From the NCBI GenBank assembly GCA_039803305.1, contig JBDRYG010000001.1, forward strand, positions 5-64,004: a DNA stretch of 64,000 bases, written 5' to 3'. The translations under genes were made by a program, and so were the position numbers. Positions 58,501-64,000 of this stretch are shown here, in pieces. Numbering within the stretch: the stretch's first letter is position 1; every line of letters begins with the position of its first letter. A model generated the notes under the pieces. It saw only the letters and a list, made by a program, of their open reading frames with translations, did not search any database and was not told the origin of the DNA. Origin of the DNA: a candidate division WOR-3 bacterium. Lineage in GTDB: Bacteria > Hydrothermota > Hydrothermia > UBA1063.

Positions 58501-60798
58501 ATGCCGAAGAAGGATGATTCTCACAAGTCTTCAAAGGACAAAGCACATGGTGATTTAAAGAGAGCATCAGGCAAAGAAAATTCCTCCAAGAAAACACCAA
58601 CATCAACCTGTAAATTACTAATAGTAGAATCCCCCACGAAAGCGAAAACTATTAAGAATTACCTCGGTCAAGGTTTTGAAGTAATTGCTTCTAAGGGACA
58701 TATAAAAGACTTGCCTGAGGATCGCCTTGGGGTTAGTCTTGATAATAATTTTGAACCTGAAATCGTTATATTACCTGGGAAAAAACCTATTGTAAAAGAA
58801 ATTCAGCAAAAAGCTGCGTTATCAGACGAAATTTACATAGGTAGCGATCCAGACAGGGAGGGCGAGGCAATCGCTCAGCACATAAAAGAAGAAATCGAAA
58901 AAAAAGTAAGGGATAAACCTATAAAAAGAGCACTGTTTTATGAAATTACAAGAGACGAAATTTTGAGAGCAATATCAAATGCCGGAGACATAGACCCGAA
59001 CAAAGTTGAGTCACAGAAGGCACGCAGAATCTTAGACAGGTTGGTAGGCTACCTTGTTAGTCCTCTACTCTGGAAAACTATTAAAAAAGGGCTTTCCGCT
59101 GGAAGGGTTCAGACTGTAGCCTTGAGATTAATTTGCGAGAGGGAAAAAGAAAGACAAAACTTCAAGAAAGAGAGATTCTTTATAGTGAAAATCAATTTAA
59201 GCAAGGATGGGCAAGAATTCTGGGCAACCTTAAAAGCCGAAAAAGTAATCACTGACGAAGAACAAGCAAAAGAACTAATTAAGAATCTAAAAGGACAAAA
59301 CGTTCATGTAGCAAAATTTGAAAAAAAAATACTCAAAATTAAACCCCACCCCCCTCTGAAAACCTCAACCTTGCAGCAAGAGGCTTCACGCAGATTTAAA
59401 TTTACTCCAGGAAAAACAATGAAAATTGCACAAAGACTATATGAGGGCGTAGATGTTGATGGAAGAAGTATAGGGCTCATTACCTACATGCGTACCGATT
59501 CTTTGCGCCTATCCGAAAAAGCGATTTCCTTAATAAGGAAAGAAATTGAAAAAAACTTTGGCAAGGACTTTCTCGCACCGTCTCCAATAAACCACGAGAC
59601 GAAAAATAAAATGGTCCAGGGCGCTCATGAGGCCATTAGGCCTACAAAACCTGATTTGCACCCTGATTACCTTAAGGACAAAATAGATAACGAACTTTAC
59701 AAAATCTATAACTTAATTTGGCGCAGGGCATTAGCCTCTCAGTCAAACTACGCAGAAGAGGAGCTAAAAGAGGCAACCATTAACTTTGGTGACCTCAGTT
59801 TTTTAGCACGAGGAAAAAGACTTATCTTTGAAGGTTTTTATAAAATTCTGAATGAAATCCCAGAATATGAAGATATTCCAGACCTAAAACCTGGTGAAAT
59901 GCTGTCTATAAAAAATGCTAAGTATGAGATCAGAGAAACCGAGCCTCCTCCCCAATATACTGAAGCATCTCTTATAAGAACCATGGAACACTTGGGTATC
60001 GGGAGACCATCCACATATGCACCCACTCTTGAAACACTCTACGAAAGGGAATACATTAAAAAGGAAAAAGGATATATTGTTCCCACGGAATTAGGGATGA
60101 AGGTTAACGATCTTCTCATACCGCGTTTTAAAGAAATTTTTGAAATAAAGTTCACAGCAAAAATGGAAGAAATGCTTGATAAGATAGAAAGTGGAGAGAA
60201 GACATCAATAGATGTACTACGGGAGTTTTATGATCAATTTCAGAAAGAGCTAAAGAATTTTCAGGACCAAATTAAAACAATACGAGAAGAGATTCAGAAA
60301 ACGGAGAAAATATGCCCCCTGTGTGGCGCTCCCCTTCTGCGTAAGTGGAGCAAATTCGGCGCATTTTTAGCCTGTTCGAGATATCCTGAATGTAGATACA
60401 CTATACCAGCTGACTCAGAAACTCAGGATAACATTAGATGCCCAATTTGTGATAAACCTATGGTCTTGATAACCGGTAAAAAAGGTAAATACTTTAGGTG
60501 TAGCGATTATCCAAAATGTAAAGGAATACGACCTTATTCAATCGGTATTAAATGCCCGGAATGCAATGGAGAGATTGTGGAGAAAAGATCAACAAACGGC
60601 AAGGTCTTTTATGGTTGTTCGAGATATCCTGAATGCAAGTTGCTCTTACCTTCTTTACCAATTGAAATACAATGTGAGAAGTGTGGATATCCCATAATGA
60701 TCGAAACTAAAAACAAAAGATATCTGAAATGCCCGAAATGTGGGGCCACGCTCAAAGTAAAAAAGGAGGATCCAAATGAAAAAAGTACTGATATTTGA
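58501..60798 (+). CDS. topA: DNA topoisomerase I with C-terminal zinc-ribbon repeats
   Basis: Toprim LLIVESPTKAKTIKNYLG, active-site Tyr region, four CxxC...CxxC ribbons at the C-terminus. Confidence 0.9.
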   Translation: MPKKDDSHKSSKDKAHGDLKRASGKENSSKKTPTSTCKLLIVESPTKAKTIKNYLGQGFEVIASKGHIKDLPEDRLGVSLDNNFEPEIVILPGKKPIVKEIQQKAALSDEIYIGSDPDREGEAIAQHIKEEIEKKVRDKPIKRALFYEITRDEILRAISNAGDIDPNKVESQKARRILDRLVGYLVSPLLWKTIKKGLSAGRVQTVALRLICEREKERQNFKKERFFIVKINLSKDGQEFWATLKAEKVITDEEQAKELIKNLKGQNVHVAKFEKKILKIKPHPPLKTSTLQQEASRRFKFTPGKTMKIAQRLYEGVDVDGRSIGLITYMRTDSLRLSEKAISLIRKEIEKNFGKDFLAPSPINHETKNKMVQGAHEAIRPTKPDLHPDYLKDKIDNELYKIYNLIWRRALASQSNYAEEELKEATINFGDLSFLARGKRLIFEGFYKILNEIPEYEDIPDLKPGEMLSIKNAKYEIRETEPPPQYTEASLIRTMEHLGIGRPSTYAPTLETLYEREYIKKEKGYIVPTELGMKVNDLLIPRFKEIFEIKFTAKMEEMLDKIESGEKTSIDVLREFYDQFQKELKNFQDQIKTIREEIQKTEKICPLCGAPLLRKWSKFGAFLACSRYPECRYTIPADSETQDNIRCPICDKPMVLITGKKGKYFRCSDYPKCKGIRPYSIGIKCPECNGEIVEKRSTNGKVFYGCSRYPECKLLLPSLPIEIQCEKCGYPIMIETKNKRYLKCPKCGATLKVKKEDPNEKSTDI

Positions 60799-61468
60799 TT
60801 TTGGAGGGACAATAGTCACCGATGAGTCAGACGATTTATTGCACAAAGCTTTCTATAAAGAGTTCCTGAATAAATTTAATATCCCGGTCTGCGAAGAGGA
60901 GTTATTTGATTTTCTCAAGAAAAAGATAAGAGAACTCCTTAAAACTTCTCATTTAAAATGGGAGAATTTAAAAAATGCATATACGACCTACCTTGCTGAA
61001 TTTCTTGAATGTAAGGGAATTTCTCCGAAGATGGAACATCTTGAAACTTTCAAAGAACTTTATTTAATTTATCATGAGAAATATACCGAACCATTCCCGG
61101 GCGCTATAGAAACACTCATAAAACTTAAATCAGCAGGATTCAGATTAGCTATAATATCTAATATTGACAACGAAATTATTGAGCCGGTTCTAAAAAAGCT
61201 TGGAATTTATGAAATTTTTGAGCTAATTGTCACTTCAGAAGAACTGGGATATGGAAAGCCGGCAAAAGAGATTTTCCAGTACACCCTTAATAAACTTGGA
61301 ATTTCACCTGATAACGCCATTTTTATTGGAGATTCCCTGACAAATGACGTTGAGGGTGCTAAAAACATGGGAATAGAGGCAATACACTTTGGAAAAGATT
61401 GCAAAAACTGGGATGAGCTTTATTCTATTTTAATTGAAAAGGGGGTAGAACATGGGGATTCTCATTAA
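60776..61468 (+). CDS. HAD-superfamily hydrolase (subfamily IA-like)
   Basis: Motif I LIFDFGGTIV, motif III K near GYGKP, motif IV GDSLTNDVEGA. Confidence 0.7.
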   Translation: MKKVLIFDFGGTIVTDESDDLLHKAFYKEFLNKFNIPVCEEELFDFLKKKIRELLKTSHLKWENLKNAYTTYLAEFLECKGISPKMEHLETFKELYLIYHEKYTEPFPGAIETLIKLKSAGFRLAIISNIDNEIIEPVLKKLGIYEIFELIVTSEELGYGKPAKEIFQYTLNKLGISPDNAIFIGDSLTNDVEGAKNMGIEAIHFGKDCKNWDELYSILIEKGVEHGDSH

Positions 61469-62597
61469 GGAAATAGATCCATATAATAATAAAGAACTAA
61501 AAAATTTCGTACTATTGGAATGGGAAATCTATAAGGGAGATCCTAACTGGGTACCGCCGATTATTGACGAAGATATAAAACGCCTATCACCCAAAACTAA
61601 TCCCGTATTTAGACACATGGAAGCAAAATACTATATGGCTTTTAAGGATGGCAAGCCAGTTGGCAGAATCGATGCCCACATTGACTGGAAGTATAATGAG
61701 ATTCACGACGAAAATGCTGGTTTTTTTGGGTTTTTCGAGTGTATAAATGACCGTGAAGTTGCTCATCTTCTTTTCGAGCACGCCATTGACTGGTTAAAAT
61801 CAAAGGGCGCAGAAACTGTTTATGGGCCAATGAATTTCAACACTAACGATGACGAATGTGGACTTCTCATCCAGGGATTCGATTCTCCCCCTGTTGTAGG
61901 AATGACCTATAACCCACCATACTATATTGATTTGATAGAAAGTTACGGTTTTCAGAAAGCCAAAGATCTGGTTGCCCACATTATAGTACTTGACGACGAT
62001 TTTATGAATTTTGTAACCAGGCTGGAGGCTAGATTACAACCACTTTCGGAAAAAGCACAGTCATATGGATTCACCATAAGAAACGTAAATCTCAAAAAGC
62101 TTGACGAAGAAATTAAAATTATATTTGACATTTATAATGACGCGTGGGAGCAAAACTGGGGATCCCTACCATTTGAGGAAGAAGAAATAAAACATCTAGC
62201 TAACGGTCTTAAACAAATAGTTATACCTGAACTTGCTAAGATAGTTGAATACAATGGAGTTCCTGCCGCCTTTGGGCTTGTACTACCCGATATAAATCAG
62301 ATTTTAAAAGAGCTCAATGGGCGCCTTTTTCCGCTTGGTTTTATTAAATTCCTCACCGGAATTAGAAAAGTGAATGGGTTAAGGCTTCTCGCCCTTGGCA
62401 TAAAGAAAGGTTATAGACGTAAAGGAGCAGACTCTTTACTCTACTATCATTTACTCAAAGACGCTTTAAAAATGAAAAGGTTTAAATACTGTGAAGTCTC
62501 CTGGTTACTTGAGGATAATTACCTTATTATTAGAGCAACTGAATTCATGCGAGGAAAGCATTACAAAACATACAGAGTATACAGAAAGTTTATTTAG
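61452..62597 (+). CDS. Hypothetical protein; resembles an uncharacterised GNAT-fold acyltransferase-like family with a conserved DPNWVPP N-terminal motif
   Basis: LEWEIYKGDPNWVPPIIDED N-terminal motif recalled from a family annotated as GNAT N-acetyltransferase; overlaps the HAD gene stop. Confidence 0.35.
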   Translation: MGILIKEIDPYNNKELKNFVLLEWEIYKGDPNWVPPIIDEDIKRLSPKTNPVFRHMEAKYYMAFKDGKPVGRIDAHIDWKYNEIHDENAGFFGFFECINDREVAHLLFEHAIDWLKSKGAETVYGPMNFNTNDDECGLLIQGFDSPPVVGMTYNPPYYIDLIESYGFQKAKDLVAHIIVLDDDFMNFVTRLEARLQPLSEKAQSYGFTIRNVNLKKLDEEIKIIFDIYNDAWEQNWGSLPFEEEEIKHLANGLKQIVIPELAKIVEYNGVPAAFGLVLPDINQILKELNGRLFPLGFIKFLTGIRKVNGLRLLALGIKKGYRRKGADSLLYYHLLKDALKMKRFKYCEVSWLLEDNYLIIRATEFMRGKHYKTYRVYRKFI

Positions 62598-63471
62598 GTG
62601 GTGGAACAATAATTCTCAAGGCCTTAGGAGCACATTTCACCTCCACCGGTAGTTGACCACCATATTCAGAATCCACATGGAAATGAGTATTTTTACCAAA
62701 AAGCCTAATGCTTTTACCTCTATGAATATCAACGCTTCCAATCCTGTGATGCACACCCATTAGAAAACCGAGCCAGTGCTTAATGTCTTTTACGAATCCC
62801 GATTCTCTAAAAATAACCACATCTAAAATGCCATCTTCGGGGCTCGCTTCCGGTGCCATTTTCATTTTTCCTCCGTAGTTTGGAATATTAGATACAATTA
62901 CCTGGTAGCCAATTCCAAAATCCTCACCATCGATCTCCACATAAATGGGCTCCGGGTCATATTCAGGATATTTGATCAAAGCTAACATTACATGAGCAGG
63001 TGCACCAAACGCTTTCTTAAACTCATGAGGCATTTCTTTAATGGTAAAACCATCAATACCCGCTCCCAGCATCATGTGAAAATACCTTTCGCTATTAACT
63101 AAGCCAAGATCAACTGTCTTTTCATGTCCTTTTATAATCACATCTGCAGCCTTAACCACATTAACTGGAATCTTTTGAGAAAGGGCAAACACATTAGTTA
63201 TACCGAGAGGAAGAATTCCCACCAAAACATTTTTACCTGCACAGGCATTTGCTACCTCGTTTAAGGTCCCATCACCACCTGCACTTATTATGAGACTGGC
63301 CCCGAAATCAATCGCTCTTTCGGCTAATCTCTTTCCATCTCCAGGTTTCACTGTCTCCCAAATGTAAAGATCAAATCTTTCCGAGAGTCTCTTTAATATT
63401 TCTTGCCTGTGTTCTTTGAATTTCCTTGAGTTTCTTGATTCAGGATTGACTATCACTACAGCTCTTTCCAT
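62590..63471 (-). CDS. Diacylglycerol kinase catalytic-domain lipid kinase (YegS/DagK family)
   Basis: IISAGGDGTLNEVAN nucleotide-binding motif, 293 aa. Confidence 0.75.
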   Translation of the reverse strand: MERAVVIVNPESRNSRKFKEHRQEILKRLSERFDLYIWETVKPGDGKRLAERAIDFGASLIISAGGDGTLNEVANACAGKNVLVGILPLGITNVFALSQKIPVNVVKAADVIIKGHEKTVDLGLVNSERYFHMMLGAGIDGFTIKEMPHEFKKAFGAPAHVMLALIKYPEYDPEPIYVEIDGEDFGIGYQVIVSNIPNYGGKMKMAPEASPEDGILDVVIFRESGFVKDIKHWLGFLMGVHHRIGSVDIHRGKSIRLFGKNTHFHVDSEYGGQLPVEVKCAPKALRIIVPPPK

Positions 63472-63472
63472 T

Positions 63473-64000
63473 TCACCTCACTTTAACAAACTTTACCTCA
63501 CCAACTTTTCCTCCGCTCTCTATACGCAAATAGTAGACCCCTTTCGGTAAATAATCTACCGTAATTTTCCAATTATTAAACTCACCCTTTTTCACTAGCC
63601 TTCCGTTCACATTGTAAATCTCGTATTTACCACTCTCGGCGTTAGTCATCACAACCTCGCTACCCACGATGGAATATAATTTTTTGTTTTTGGCAAGCAC
63701 CTCTCTCACTCCTATTCCCCTTGCCTTCACAAAGCTCATAAGCCCTATTACATCCTGAGTGCGCATATAATAAAGTGGAAATCCTAACAATACTACACTG
63801 TCTCCAAATATCACTCCACATGCCCTCCCCTCAAATACCTCACTATTACTGTATGAATCAAAATGCAGTATCACATCTCCACTACTCACCCTGTACGCCT
63901 CTATACCTTGCAACCTCCCTCCCCAAGACGGCAATATCCTACTAGGCTCTACCCTCACCTCTAACCCGTATTCATCACTATAACCCCTCACAAAATCAAT
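63473..64000 (-). CDS. C-terminal fragment of a T9SS-sorted secreted protein (gene continues beyond the window end)
   Basis: Tail YEIYNVNGRLVKKGEFNNWKITVDYLPKGVYYLRIE matches the Por secretion C-terminal domain; no signal peptide at the in-window Met, so the true start is upstream of 64000. Confidence 0.5.
   Translation of the reverse strand: MDFVRGYSDEYGLEVRVEPSRILPSWGGRLQGIEAYRVSSGDVILHFDSYSNSEVFEGRACGVIFGDSVVLLGFPLYYMRTQDVIGLMSFVKARGIGVREVLAKNKKLYSIVGSEVVMTNAESGKYEIYNVNGRLVKKGEFNNWKITVDYLPKGVYYLRIESGGKVGEVKFVKVR

Noticed and set aside
1-64000. CRISPR arrays, transposases, integrases, prophage or toxin-antitoxin cassettes
   Set aside because: No arrays of direct repeats with unique spacers were seen in any intergenic region. 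No ORF shows DDE/tyrosine-recombinase/serine-recombinase or Cas motifs. The tRNA pair has no adjacent integrase or att duplication.

Overview
This is an AT-rich (roughly 40% GC by eye) bacterial chromosomal segment with densely packed genes on both strands. The organism is probably an uncultivated diderm lineage: it encodes BamA and Lnt, five proteins end in a T9SS-type C-terminal sorting domain, and genes use strong Shine-Dalgarno sites (e.g. AAGGAGGT before the AOR gene). Most of the window is housekeeping. Recognisable genes include purH/purN, panB/panC, gatA/gatB, radA with a YacL-like PIN-TRAM protein, truA, a transaldolase, topA, a clpC-bamA-htrA string, pckA, an archaeal-type nicotinate phosphoribosyltransferase, a tungsten-type aldehyde:ferredoxin oxidoreductase, a Y-family polymerase (dinB), a lemA-htpX-htpX cluster and a tRNA-Cys/tRNA-Leu pair. 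I found no CRISPR array, transposase, integrase or obvious prophage. The unusual content is of a different kind. A perfect 20-bp palindrome sits at the start of a small-ORF/dinB operon. A GGDEF protein has a degenerate active site but an intact I-site. A DUF2723/TMEM260-like GT-C glycosyltransferase lies in a tight module with an uncharacterised barrel-sandwich-like protein and an aminotransferase. A 1080-aa T9SS cargo protein is built from three OB-fold-like repeats resembling the DNA-binding module of ExeM/NucH nucleases. An AmmeMemoRadiSam A/B pair lacks its radical-SAM partner and sits at the end of an envelope quality-control gene string. There are two large unknown proteins, an 847-aa outer-membrane beta-barrel candidate and a 412-aa secreted protein with a sorting-signal-like tail. 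All functional calls rest on motif recognition in the translated ORFs; no database search was possible.
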